Sequence record: DRR723986_10545
Length of the DNA: 49,326 bases
Reading direction: 5' to 3' (one strand)
Within the stretch, counting starts at the first letter, position 1; every line of letters starts with the position of its first letter. The notes beneath the pieces were generated by a model that was given only the letters and a program-made list of their open reading frames with translations, did not search any database and had not been told where the DNA came from. Positions 18,303 through 28,044 of the stretch are shown here, in pieces. The translations under genes and the position numbers were made by a program.

Positions 18303-19424
18303 ATGATTACAATTAAAGAAGCACGTACTAAAAAAGAGCTTAAGACTTTTGTAAAGTTTCCATTTAAGCTATATTCTAATTCACCTTATTGGGTACCTCC
18401 AATTATTAAACAAGAATTAGCAACTTTTGATAAAGACAAAAATCCAATTTTTAAAGATGCCGAGGCTAGATTCTTTTTAGCCTATAAAAATGGTGAAGTT
18501 GTCGGAAGAGTTGCTGCAATTATTAATTGGTTAGAAGTCAATAAGCAGAACATAAAGAAAATGCGTTTTGGTTGGTTTGATTTTATAGATGATTATAACG
18601 TAAGTGCATCCCTCCTAAGAAAAATTGAAGAGATTGCTATTGCTAATCAACTAAAGTATACTGAAGGACCAGTTGGTTTTTCTAATTTAGATAAGGTTGG
18701 TGTAATGACAGAAGGATTTGAAAGTATAGCACCAATGATTACATGGTATAACCATCCTTATTATGTAAAGCATTATAACAAGCACGGTTATAGCATTGAA
18801 AAAGAGTATTCAGAAAGCGTATTTCCTTTTGAGAATGTGAAACCAGAGTTTTTTAAAAAGGCTCAAGAACTAATTAAAAGACGATATAAGCTCAATGCCT
18901 TAAAATTAACTAAGACCAGTGAAGTTATGCCCTATGCAGATCGTATGTTTGATTTGTTTAACGAAAGTTATGCTAATCTTTCTTCATTTGTAGAAATAAC
19001 AGATATTCAAAAAGAATATTTTAAAAAGAAGTTTATAAGTTTCGTTAACCCTGAATATATAAAATTTGTTACTGATGCAGATGATAATCTAGTGGCATTT
19101 GCTATTGTTATGCCAAAGTTTGCTGAAGCATTACAGAAAGCAAACGGTAAGCTTTTTCCATTTGGTATTAAGCATATATTAAAAGCAAAAAAGAAAAGCA
19201 AAGATGTTATTTTTTACCTTATTGGTGTTCATCCAGAATATCAGAATAAGGGAGTACACGCAGTAATATTTAATGAATATTATGAAACCTTTAAAGAAAA
19301 AGGAATACAAACCTGTTACAGAACTCCAGAATTAGAAGATAATGAAGCTATTCACAAAATTTGGAAGCATATTGATAGTAAGGTTTATAAAAGACGAAAA
19401 ACTTTTAGAAAAGATATTGTATAA
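18303..19424 (+). CDS. GNAT-fold N-acyltransferase resembling bacterial ceramide synthase (bCerS)
   Basis: FVKFPFKLY..YWVPP..KNP..FLAYKNGEVVGRVAAI..RFGWFDFIDD..GPVGFS..EGF..YNHPYY; C-terminal GNAT motif A IGVHPEYQNKGV and ELEDN. Confidence 0.72.
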   Translation: MITIKEARTKKELKTFVKFPFKLYSNSPYWVPPIIKQELATFDKDKNPIFKDAEARFFLAYKNGEVVGRVAAIINWLEVNKQNIKKMRFGWFDFIDDYNVSASLLRKIEEIAIANQLKYTEGPVGFSNLDKVGVMTEGFESIAPMITWYNHPYYVKHYNKHGYSIEKEYSESVFPFENVKPEFFKKAQELIKRRYKLNALKLTKTSEVMPYADRMFDLFNESYANLSSFVEITDIQKEYFKKKFISFVNPEYIKFVTDADDNLVAFAIVMPKFAEALQKANGKLFPFGIKHILKAKKKSKDVIFYLIGVHPEYQNKGVHAVIFNEYYETFKEKGIQTCYRTPELEDNEAIHKIWKHIDSKVYKRRKTFRKDIV

Positions 19425-19451
19425 AAAAAGCCACTTATAAAGTGGCCTTTT
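19423..19451. terminator. Bidirectional terminator between the GNAT gene and capB
   Basis: A7-GCCACTT-ATA-AAGTGGC-CTTTT. Confidence 0.75.
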
Positions 19452-19468
19452 AATTTATATACTAGGTC

Positions 19469-20728
19469 TTATTCACCCATTGCTGCAATAAGAGCAGCAG
19501 ACATTCTTTTATAAGTACCGTTGTTAAGTCTTTCTCTAATAGCATCAAACGCATCTAAAGTTTCTTTTACATCTTCTAATGTATGTGTCGCCGTAGGAAT
19601 CATTCTCAATAAAATAAGCCCTTTAGGGATTACAGGATAAACAACGATAGAACAGAAAATACCGTGATTTTCACGTAAATCTCTTACTAACGCCATAGCT
19701 TCTGGTATACTTCCTTTTAAATAAACAGGAGTTACACAACTTTGAGTTGTTCCTATATCAAAACCTCTCTCTTTTAATCCAGATTGTAACGCATTTACAA
19801 TTTTCCAAAGATTTTCTTTTAACTCTGGCATTGTTCTCAACATATCAAGGCGTTTTAAAGCACCTTTGGTCAAAGTCATTTGCAAAGATTTAGCAAACAT
19901 TTGAGAACGTAAGTTATATTTTAAATAATCTATAATTTCTTGATCACCTGCGATGAATGCACCTGTACTAGCCATTGATTTAGCGAAAGTAGCAAAGTAT
20001 ACATCAATGTCATCTTGAACTCCTTGCTCTTCACCAGCACCTGCACCAGTAGCACCTAATGTACCAAATCCGTGAGCATCATCAACTAAAAATCTAAAAT
20101 TGAACTTCTTCTTTAAAGCTACAATCTCTTTAAGTCTACCTTGCTCACCACGCATACCAAATACTCCTTCAGAAATAACTAATATTCCTCCACCCGTCTG
20201 CTCTGCCATTTTTGTAGCACGCTCTAGATTCTTTTCTAAACTAGCTACATCATTATGTTTGTAAGTAAAACGTTTACCCATATGTAAACGTACACCATCA
20301 ATAATACAAGCATGTGCATCAACGTCATAGACAATGATATCATCTTTACCAACCAAAGCATCAATAGTTGACATAATACCTTGATAGCCAAAGTTCAACA
20401 GGTATGCTGCTTCTTTATTTACGAATTCTGCCAGCTCATTTTGTAATTGTTCATGTAAATCTGTATGGCCAGACATCATGCGAGCACCCATAGGATATGC
20501 AGAACCATATTCTTTAGCAGCTTCAGCATCTACTTTTCTAACTTCAGGATGATTAGCTAGACCTAGGTAATCATTAATACTCCATGTAATTACTTCCTTA
20601 CCTTGAAACTTCATTCTATTAGAAATCTGACCTTCAAGTTTAGGAAACACAAAATACCCTTCTGCCTGTGACGCCCATTTACCTAATGGCCCTTTATCTC
20701 TATAAATCTTTTCGAATAAATCCTTCAT
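19469..20728 (-). CDS. capB: Cysteate-C-fatty acyltransferase (alpha-oxoamine synthase, CapB/SulA) for sulfonolipid synthesis
   Basis: AOS motifs NDYLGL, DAHACIIDG, DDAHG and PLP Lys250 in TFAKS; second Lys280 in QMFAKS where SPT/BioF have FSAS/FTTA-type residues; adjacent to a CBS-like gene. Confidence 0.8.
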   Translation of the reverse strand: MKDLFEKIYRDKGPLGKWASQAEGYFVFPKLEGQISNRMKFQGKEVITWSINDYLGLANHPEVRKVDAEAAKEYGSAYPMGARMMSGHTDLHEQLQNELAEFVNKEAAYLLNFGYQGIMSTIDALVGKDDIIVYDVDAHACIIDGVRLHMGKRFTYKHNDVASLEKNLERATKMAEQTGGGILVISEGVFGMRGEQGRLKEIVALKKKFNFRFLVDDAHGFGTLGATGAGAGEEQGVQDDIDVYFATFAKSMASTGAFIAGDQEIIDYLKYNLRSQMFAKSLQMTLTKGALKRLDMLRTMPELKENLWKIVNALQSGLKERGFDIGTTQSCVTPVYLKGSIPEAMALVRDLRENHGIFCSIVVYPVIPKGLILLRMIPTATHTLEDVKETLDAFDAIRERLNNGTYKRMSAALIAAMGE

Positions 20729-20818
20729 GCGTATTCGTTGCTATTAACCGTCTATAATTACTAAATTAAGTAAAATATAAACTTATAATTTTAGTTAGTT
20801 TAATCTTGTTAGTAGCTG

Positions 20819-20826
20819 CAAAATTA
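20819..20826 (-). promoter_or_regulatory. -7 promoter element for capB
   Basis: Minus-strand TAATTTTG followed by CA, located downstream of the capA terminator. Confidence 0.6.
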
Positions 20827-20886
20827 GGCAATAATATTATGACTGCATAATTTATTTAATCTAAGCTATTAACTAAGTTTTAAACA

Positions 20887-20927
20887 TAAAAATACCTGTT
20901 ACAACAAAGCGTAACAGGCATTTTTTA
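20887..20927 (-). terminator. Intrinsic terminator after capA
   Basis: Minus strand ATGCCTGTTAC-loop-GTAACAGGTAT followed by a T tract. Confidence 0.75.
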
Positions 20928-20940
20928 TATTATTATTTAT

Positions 20941-21978
20941 TTACTTTATATACTCAATAGATGCAGGCGTAGCACTTTTACTATCAAAAAACCCTTGATC
21001 TTGCATCCACTTATCACTATATACTTTACTCATATATCTTGAACCATGATCTGGAAATACAACAACAACCTTATCGCCTTTCTTAAATTCACCTTCTTTA
21101 TTCAATTGCTTTAATGCTTGCATTGCAGCACCACTTGTGTAGCCGACAAAAAGACCTTCTTTATTTGATATTTCGCGAGCTGTATGAGCACTCTCCTCAT
21201 CTGTAACTTTAACAAACTTGTCAATTAAATCAAAATCTGTTGCGGTGGGAATTAAGTTTTTACCCAATCCTTCAATTCGGTATGGATATATCTCTTTATC
21301 ATCAAACTCACGAGTTTCATGATACTTTTTAAGTACTGAACCGTAAGCATCTACTCCAATTACTTTAACCTCTGGATTCTGTTCTTTTAAATACTTTGCA
21401 ATTCCAGATATTGTACCACCAGTGCCACTGCATGCTACTAAGTGCGTGATTTCACCATCAGTCTGATCCCATATTTCAGGACCTGTAGAATTATAGTGAG
21501 CATCAATGTTTAATTGATTGAAATATTGATTAATATAAATAGATCCTTTAATCTCCTCGTGCAAGCGCTTTGCCACCTGATAATATGACCTTGGGTCATC
21601 TGCATTAACATGCGCAGGACAAACGTATACTTTTGCACCCATAGATTTTAACATATCTATTTTATCGCCTGAAGATTTTGAACTTACTGCTAAAATACAC
21701 TCATAACCTTTTATGATACTAACCATAGCAATACTAAATCCGGTGTTACCTGAAGTAGTTTCTATAATAGTATCACCAGGAGTTAATATACCTTGGCGCT
21801 CCGCTTCTTCTATAATATGTAGTGCTATTCTATCTTTAGAAGAATGACCTGGATTAAATGCCTCTACTTTAGCATAAAAATCGCCATCAAAATCGGCAGT
21901 CATTCGGTTTAATTTGATTAGTGGCGTACTACCTACAAGTTGTAGTACATTATCAAATACATTTTTGCTTTTATCCAT
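20941..21978 (-). CDS. capA: PLP-dependent cystathionine beta-synthase-like enzyme, probable cysteate synthase CapA
   Basis: [14 protein letters not shown] (PLP Lys), [20 protein letters not shown] and [11 protein letters not shown]; directly upstream of capB. Confidence 0.72.
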   Translation of the reverse strand: MDKSKNVFDNVLQLVGSTPLIKLNRMTADFDGDFYAKVEAFNPGHSSKDRIALHIIEEAERQGILTPGDTIIETTSGNTGFSIAMVSIIKGYECILAVSSKSSGDKIDMLKSMGAKVYVCPAHVNADDPRSYYQVAKRLHEEIKGSIYINQYFNQLNIDAHYNSTGPEIWDQTDGEITHLVACSGTGGTISGIAKYLKEQNPEVKVIGVDAYGSVLKKYHETREFDDKEIYPYRIEGLGKNLIPTATDFDLIDKFVKVTDEESAHTAREISNKEGLFVGYTSGAAMQALKQLNKEGEFKKGDKVVVVFPDHGSRYMSKVYSDKWMQDQGFFDSKSATPASIEYIK

Positions 21979-22028
21979 AAATGCTATTATTCGGTAATCA
22001 ATTTAATTATTTGACACCTAAAACCCAG

Positions 22029-22036
22029 CAAAAGTA
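22029..22036 (-). promoter_or_regulatory. -7 promoter element for capA
   Basis: Minus-strand TACTTTTG followed by C. Confidence 0.6.
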
Positions 22037-22052
22037 ACATTTTTTTTTGACT

Positions 22053-24110
22053 TTACTCTGTAATACCTTCTAAGTCTAACAGAAATGCATATTCTTCTGC
22101 GTCCTCTTTTAAACTTTCAAATCGACCAGATGCTCCACCATGACCAGCATCCATATTTGTTTTTAGGTAAAGTTTATTTGAGTCTGTTTTTAAATCTCTT
22201 AATTTCGCTACCCATTTTGAAGGTTCCCAATATTGAACTTGAGAATCGTGCAAGCCTGAGGTGACAAGCATATTAGGATATTCTTTTTCTTCAATATTAT
22301 CGTATGGAGAATATGACTTCATATAATTATAATACAAAATATCGTTTGGGTTTCCCCATTCATCATACTCGCCTGTTGTTAATGGTATAGAATCATCTAA
22401 CATCGTAGTGACAACGTCTACAAATGGCACTGCCGCAATAATTCCGTTATATAACTCTGGCGTTTGATTAATAATTGCTCCCATTAATAATCCTCCAGCG
22501 CTACCACCCATGGCATATAAATGTTTTGACGATGTATAACGTTCTTTTATCAAGTGCAAAGAACAGGCAATGAAATCACTGAATGTGTTTTTTTTATTTA
22601 ATAACTTTCCTCTTTCATACCAATTACGACCAAGATATTCACCACCTCTTACGTGTGATATAACAAAAATAAATCCGCGATCTAAAAGACTTAATCTTAT
22701 GGTTGAGAAATACGGATCTACAGTAGATCCGTAACTACCATAAGCGTACTGAAGTACCGCATTCGTTCCGTTTTTTTCAATTCCTTTTCTATAAACAACA
22801 GACATTGGTATTTTAGTTCCATCCTCTGCTGTTGCCCAAATACGCTCAGATTTGTAGTTTTCTTTCTTAAATTTTCCACCTAATACTTCTTGCTCTTTTA
22901 GTACCTTCTTGGTTTGAGTTCGCATATTAAACTCTATTATGGAAGATGGAGTTGTTAAAGCATTATATCCATATCGGAGTAATTCTGTGTCAAATTCTAT
23001 ATTAGTTGTTGTAAAACACGTATAGGTCTCGTTATCAAAAGGTAAATAATATTCTTGAGTCTCATCCCACCTTTTTATTCTGATTTGATTTAAACCATTT
23101 GATCTTTCACTGACAACCAAGTAATCTTTAAATATGTCAACGTTTTCTAGTAAAACATCTTCACGATGAGAAATAACATCTACCCAATTATCAATTTGAG
23201 TATTATTCTCTGGTGTAGACATTAATTTAAAATTAGTGGCCTTATCCTTATTAGTTAGTATGTAAAACTTATTATTATAATGCGAAATACTATATTCTAC
23301 ACCTCTTATTCGTGGCTGAAAGAGCTCAAACTTCCCATCAGGTTTATCTGCATTTAGTATATGATACTCATTAGTCAGTGTACTATAACATGCTATAATA
23401 ATATACTTTCTGGATTTTGATTTATATACAGTTGCACCAAAAGTTTCATCACCTTCTTCAAAAATTAACTCATCTTCTGAATTACCGATTTTGTGCTTAA
23501 AAATTTGAAATGCTCTTAATGTAACTTTATCTTTTTTAGTATAAAATAATGTTTCGTTATCATTTGCCCAACTAGACGAACCAGTTGTGTTTTCAATTTT
23601 ATCCTTTAAGATGGTATTAGTTTCAAGATTCTTAATTTGCACCGTATACTGTCTTCTTCCTGTAGTATCTAAGGCAAAAGATACCATTTTATTATCAGGA
23701 CTAATACTAAGACCAACCATTTTAAAGTAACTCTTCCCTTCTGCCATTTCATTACAATCAAAAAGTAATTCTTCAGGATTGTCTAAAGATTCTTTTTTTC
23801 TTGTATAAATAGGATAATTTTTACCTTTTTTAAATTTTGTGATGTACCAATAGCCATTGTACTTGTAAGGCACAGAAGAATCATCTTCCTTTATTCTGGC
23901 TTTCATTTCTTCAAATAAATCTTTCTGAAATTGTTTGGTGTGTGCCATCTGAGAATCGCAATAACTATTCTCATCATTTAGATAACTAATCACTTCTGGA
24001 TGTTCTCTATCTTTCATCCAAAAGTAATTATCTATACGTACGTCTCCGTGCATTTCTAACTTATGTGGTATTTTCTTGGCTGTTGGAGGCTTAATATTTG
24101 TTTTGTTCAT
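22053..24110 (-). CDS. ptrB: Oligopeptidase B (S9A peptidase)
   Basis: HGDVRIDNYFWM, YGSYG, GGSAGGLL, VPFVDV, DSQVQYWEPSKW and AGHGG motifs. Confidence 0.92.
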   Translation of the reverse strand: MNKTNIKPPTAKKIPHKLEMHGDVRIDNYFWMKDREHPEVISYLNDENSYCDSQMAHTKQFQKDLFEEMKARIKEDDSSVPYKYNGYWYITKFKKGKNYPIYTRKKESLDNPEELLFDCNEMAEGKSYFKMVGLSISPDNKMVSFALDTTGRRQYTVQIKNLETNTILKDKIENTTGSSSWANDNETLFYTKKDKVTLRAFQIFKHKIGNSEDELIFEEGDETFGATVYKSKSRKYIIIACYSTLTNEYHILNADKPDGKFELFQPRIRGVEYSISHYNNKFYILTNKDKATNFKLMSTPENNTQIDNWVDVISHREDVLLENVDIFKDYLVVSERSNGLNQIRIKRWDETQEYYLPFDNETYTCFTTTNIEFDTELLRYGYNALTTPSSIIEFNMRTQTKKVLKEQEVLGGKFKKENYKSERIWATAEDGTKIPMSVVYRKGIEKNGTNAVLQYAYGSYGSTVDPYFSTIRLSLLDRGFIFVISHVRGGEYLGRNWYERGKLLNKKNTFSDFIACSLHLIKERYTSSKHLYAMGGSAGGLLMGAIINQTPELYNGIIAAVPFVDVVTTMLDDSIPLTTGEYDEWGNPNDILYYNYMKSYSPYDNIEEKEYPNMLVTSGLHDSQVQYWEPSKWVAKLRDLKTDSNKLYLKTNMDAGHGGASGRFESLKEDAEEYAFLLDLEGITE

Positions 24111-24189
24111 CTTTTGTTTTAAGAAAAATTTAATTTAAAACGTGCGACAATTTAGTAATTTTACACGCAACTAATTAAACGATGATATT

Positions 24190-24510
24190 ATGTTTGGAGA
24201 TATGATGGGTATGATGAATAAATTAAAAGAGGCCCAAAAAAAAGTAGAAGAAACCAAAGAACGTCTTAATACAGTGCTAATTGACGAATCTAGTTCTGAC
24301 CAAAAACTAAAAGTAACTATAACAGCAAATAGAGAAATAAAAAGCATTTCGATAGATGACGAATTGATTACAGACAAGGAAATGCTTGAAGATTATTTAA
24401 TTCTCACTTTAAATAAGGCTATTGAAAAAGCAACAAGTGTACATGAAGCTGAAATTGCAGCAGTAGCCAAAGAAGGTATGCCAAACATACCTGGTTTAGG
24501 CAATATGTAA
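24190..24510 (+). CDS. ybaB: YbaB/EbfC nucleoid-associated protein
   Basis: [47 protein letters not shown]. Confidence 0.85.
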   Translation: MFGDMMGMMNKLKEAQKKVEETKERLNTVLIDESSSDQKLKVTITANREIKSISIDDELITDKEMLEDYLILTLNKAIEKATSVHEAEIAAVAKEGMPNIPGLGNM

Positions 24511-24516
24511 GTTTTA

Positions 24517-25536
24517 TTAAATTCTTTTAATTGTCTTTAATACTTCCTCGTGCATGGCATCTGTATAATCTAAATGGGTAACCATTCTAAGTTTATTACT
24601 ACCCATACCAATAATTTGAATATTATTCTTCTTGAGCGAATTTAAAAACTGTGCTTCGTTTATATGAGATTCTAATTCAAAAATAATAATATTGGTTTCT
24701 ATAGGTTCAACCTTTTTGATAGCTGAATGTTTTGATAAGACTTCACCTAGATCTAAGGCTTTTTTGTGATCATCCTTAAGCCGTTCAAAATGATTGTCTA
24801 AAGCATACAATCCTGCGGCGGCAGCAAAACCAACTTGCCTCATACCTCCACCAAGAATCTTTCTAATCCTTATTGCTCCTTGCATTAATTCTTTTTTACC
24901 AATTAAAACAGAACCCATAGGACAACCCAAACCTTTACTTAAACATACCGAAATAGTATCGAACAACTCTCCATATTGTTTAGGGTTTTCATTCTTCACA
25001 ATCAAAGCATTCCATAGCCTTGCACCATCTAAATGATAACCTAATTTATTCTCATCCGCCACTTTACGAATCCGTTGTAATTCTTCAAAATCCCAGCAAG
25101 CACCTCCACCTTTATTCGTTGTGTTTTCTACCTCAATTAAAGATGTGAGCGGGCTGTGATAAAAATCTGGTGGGTTTATAGAATCTTTAACTTGCTCTGC
25201 TGTAAACATACCGCGATGTCCATCAACTAACTTGCATGAAACACCACTATTAAAGGATGCACCTCCACCTTCATAATTATAGATATGGGCATATTTGTCA
25301 CAAATAACCTGTTCACCAGGATTAGTGTGCAACTTTATAGCAGCTTGATTAGCCATGCTTCCTGTTGGAAAAAATAAGGCTTCATCCATACCAAACATGT
25401 CTGCAAGTCTCTGCTCTAGTTCATTTACGGATGGATCTTCTTTATATACATCATCACCAACATCTGCTGTTAGCATTGATTCTAACATGCCTTTTGTTGG
25501 TTTAGTTACGGTATCGCTTCTTAAATCTATTATCAT
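24517..25536 (-). CDS. ltaE: Low-specificity L-threonine aldolase
   Basis: DLRSDTVTKPT, GDDVYKEDP, HLDGARL, CLSKGLG and GGGMRQ motifs. Confidence 0.92.
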   Translation of the reverse strand: MIIDLRSDTVTKPTKGMLESMLTADVGDDVYKEDPSVNELEQRLADMFGMDEALFFPTGSMANQAAIKLHTNPGEQVICDKYAHIYNYEGGGASFNSGVSCKLVDGHRGMFTAEQVKDSINPPDFYHSPLTSLIEVENTTNKGGGACWDFEELQRIRKVADENKLGYHLDGARLWNALIVKNENPKQYGELFDTISVCLSKGLGCPMGSVLIGKKELMQGAIRIRKILGGGMRQVGFAAAAGLYALDNHFERLKDDHKKALDLGEVLSKHSAIKKVEPIETNIIIFELESHINEAQFLNSLKKNNIQIIGMGSNKLRMVTHLDYTDAMHEEVLKTIKRI

Positions 25537-25538
25537 TT

Positions 25539-27941
25539 TTAATAAAGTGTATAATTACAAATATCACTCCCTATTGGTGAACCATCAGGTATTTTTGGTG
25601 AAACTTCTATTTTAAATTTATCAGGATGCTCATAATATTCCTTAATCATAATTCCGTATTGCATACTAAACGCATCCATTTTTAAACTCTTCTTGGAAAT
25701 ATCAAAAATGGCTTTGTTTGCTATAGCTTTTGTTTGAAAATAGCTTTGGTCGTTTGATGCTAAATTCATTAGATATTTTAGAACATTCACATTTATTTGA
25801 TGCTGAATTTCATTTAAATAAGCATCTTCGTGTGTTTTATAAATTGAGACGTCAAAAACTACATCAATTACATCTTGAAGACTTAACTGACTATCATCTA
25901 AACTCTTTTGTAACACCAAACGATTTGCGCGCTGTGTATGAAATAAAAACTTTAAGGTCATATCACTAGCTATATTTGCAGCACTTAAAGGGTCAAATGC
26001 AACACCTGTTTTTCCCTTAAACGACTCTCTCGTTCTATTATAACCGAATGCACGCGGTGGAAATAACTCGAGCTTTTCTTTTGGTATCGCTAAGACACTA
26101 GCATTAATTGTTTTTAAAATTGTTTTTAAGGTTTCCTTTTGTATATCCACACTAACTGGCTTCGTAGTAAATTGTCCGTCCTTTTTTACTGTATAATTAT
26201 AGTCTAAACCACCAATCACTTTTGTTGCTGCTTCAGTCTGATATCTATGATAAAAATATAACGGAACAAATACATCTTCTAAGACAGAATACGGTTCATA
26301 ACTTCTTATATTTTCAACTGAAAAATTATCAATTGCTTTAGCTCTTAGTTCTATTAAATTGTTTAATTCTTCAGCTGGTGTTTTTCCATTATCCCATAAA
26401 TGTGCTACTGCATGTGCACCACCTGCAGCTCGTGCATCAGTATCTGAAATAAAACGATGACCAGCAAATGTTGCGGCTTTTAGAATATTATTAAGTTCAT
26501 TTCTTTCATCTTTTGATTTGTCAAATTGAGAATAACTATATGCTACAGTAACTTTATCCCACTCACCTATTCCTGTGGCATAAGCATTACTAAAATCAAT
26601 AACTCCGTCTTTCAATTCAATCTGCGGATGCGGATAATCCATTACCGAAGCACGGTTATTTGCACTTGCTGCAAAATTGTGAGCAAATCCGATAGTGTGG
26701 CCTACTTCGTGAGCACTAAGCTGCCTAATTCTAGCAAGTGCCATCTCCAACATTGGCTGATAATTATCATCGCTTTCTGCAAATGGTTTGTTCATTAATG
26801 CCTGAGCAATCATAAAGTCTTGTCGAATCCGTAAACTGCCCAAACTCACGTGTCCTTTAATAATTTCTCCAGTTCTAGGATCTACAACGCTACCACCATA
26901 ACTCCAACCTCGAGTGCTCCGATGTACCCATTGAATAACATTATATCTGCAATCCATAGGATCTATGTCCTTGGGTAACATTTTTACTTGAAAAGCATCT
27001 TTAAAACCAATAGCTTCAAAAGCTTCATTCCACCATCTTGCGCCTTCTAATAAAGCAGATCGAACCGGCTCTGGTGTCCCTGGATCTAAATAATATATAA
27101 TTGGTTCTTTTGCTTCACTTATTTCTTCGTTTGGATTCTTTTTTTCTAACCGATGTCTTACAATAAATCGTTTTTTGATGTCCTCTTGAATTGGTGTTGC
27201 ATAATCCATATACGACATTGAAATTGCACCACTTCTCGTATCAAACACTCTTGGTTTATAATTATCATCTGGAAGTTTTATAAATGAATGATGCTGTACA
27301 ACGCTTACCAAAGAAGCGGTCGGTGTAACACTCCTTAGATTACGACCTGTAGGTTGGCCTTTAAAAGTGAGTAGCGCTTCAAATTCGACATTATAAGGAA
27401 AGGCTTTTGTTCGTTCTAAAGCCAAGGCACTTTTTGAAGTATCAACTTTATAAGTACCTTCCTTATTTCCTTTTAAACGATTACTCACTCCATGAGCATC
27501 TTGCATTAAAAAGGGTGTTATATCAATAACATATTCGTTTTTCTTTTTAGATAATATCTTAAAGCCAAACAATACAGATTTTGCAAATGCCTGTTCAATA
27601 CTTTTTCGTTCTAATTCGTTATCTGTATTTGCTCTATATTTTAAATTAGGTTGTATTAATAACAGCTTATTTCCTGCCTTTTTAAAATAAACAACTCGCT
27701 CATTACCTAATTGCCCTCTATCTAAGCCTAAATCGTTGCTTCCAACACCAGAAGCTAGAGAATTCACATAAAGAAATTGCTCGTTCAACTTTTTTACTTT
27801 TAAGTAAATTTTATCAGAGCTTTCTTCATAATAAAAGTCAAAATAACCTTCGCATTTTTTTAAATCTTTTTTATCTAAAATTTGAGCTTGACTTTGATAA
27901 TTAAAGCATATAAAGCTTACTAAAAGAAGTATTTTTTTCAT
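25539..27941 (-). CDS. Secreted zinc-dependent metalloprotease (DUF5117/EcxA-like)
   Basis: Signal peptide; HEVGHTIGFAHNF zinc motif; SVMDY Met-turn; DPRTGEIIKG. Confidence 0.85.
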   Translation of the reverse strand: MKKILLLVSFICFNYQSQAQILDKKDLKKCEGYFDFYYEESSDKIYLKVKKLNEQFLYVNSLASGVGSNDLGLDRGQLGNERVVYFKKAGNKLLLIQPNLKYRANTDNELERKSIEQAFAKSVLFGFKILSKKKNEYVIDITPFLMQDAHGVSNRLKGNKEGTYKVDTSKSALALERTKAFPYNVEFEALLTFKGQPTGRNLRSVTPTASLVSVVQHHSFIKLPDDNYKPRVFDTRSGAISMSYMDYATPIQEDIKKRFIVRHRLEKKNPNEEISEAKEPIIYYLDPGTPEPVRSALLEGARWWNEAFEAIGFKDAFQVKMLPKDIDPMDCRYNVIQWVHRSTRGWSYGGSVVDPRTGEIIKGHVSLGSLRIRQDFMIAQALMNKPFAESDDNYQPMLEMALARIRQLSAHEVGHTIGFAHNFAASANNRASVMDYPHPQIELKDGVIDFSNAYATGIGEWDKVTVAYSYSQFDKSKDERNELNNILKAATFAGHRFISDTDARAAGGAHAVAHLWDNGKTPAEELNNLIELRAKAIDNFSVENIRSYEPYSVLEDVFVPLYFYHRYQTEAATKVIGGLDYNYTVKKDGQFTTKPVSVDIQKETLKTILKTINASVLAIPKEKLELFPPRAFGYNRTRESFKGKTGVAFDPLSAANIASDMTLKFLFHTQRANRLVLQKSLDDSQLSLQDVIDVVFDVSIYKTHEDAYLNEIQHQINVNVLKYLMNLASNDQSYFQTKAIANKAIFDISKKSLKMDAFSMQYGIMIKEYYEHPDKFKIEVSPKIPDGSPIGSDICNYTLY

Positions 27942-28018
27942 GAGCTAATTTTTGAAACATAAAACTACGGAATTTCTAAAAAACCAATTCAAAATTATGG
28001 CACTTTAATGTGGCTCAC

Positions 28019-28026
28019 TATATTTG
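28019..28026 (+). promoter_or_regulatory. -7 promoter element for prfB
   Basis: TATATTTG 18 bp before ATG 28045. Confidence 0.65.
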
Positions 28027-28044
28027 TAGAAATTACTTCAATAT

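Noticed and set aside
19469-20728. Calling this gene bioF, kbl or serine palmitoyltransferase
   Set aside because: The QMFAKS lysine and the adjacent CBS-like gene fit cysteate acyltransferase better; no biotin genes are nearby
27998-28012. TGGCAC upstream of prfB as a third sigma54 promoter
   Set aside because: No TTG at the required -12 spacing, and a good TAnnTTTG box lies at 28019
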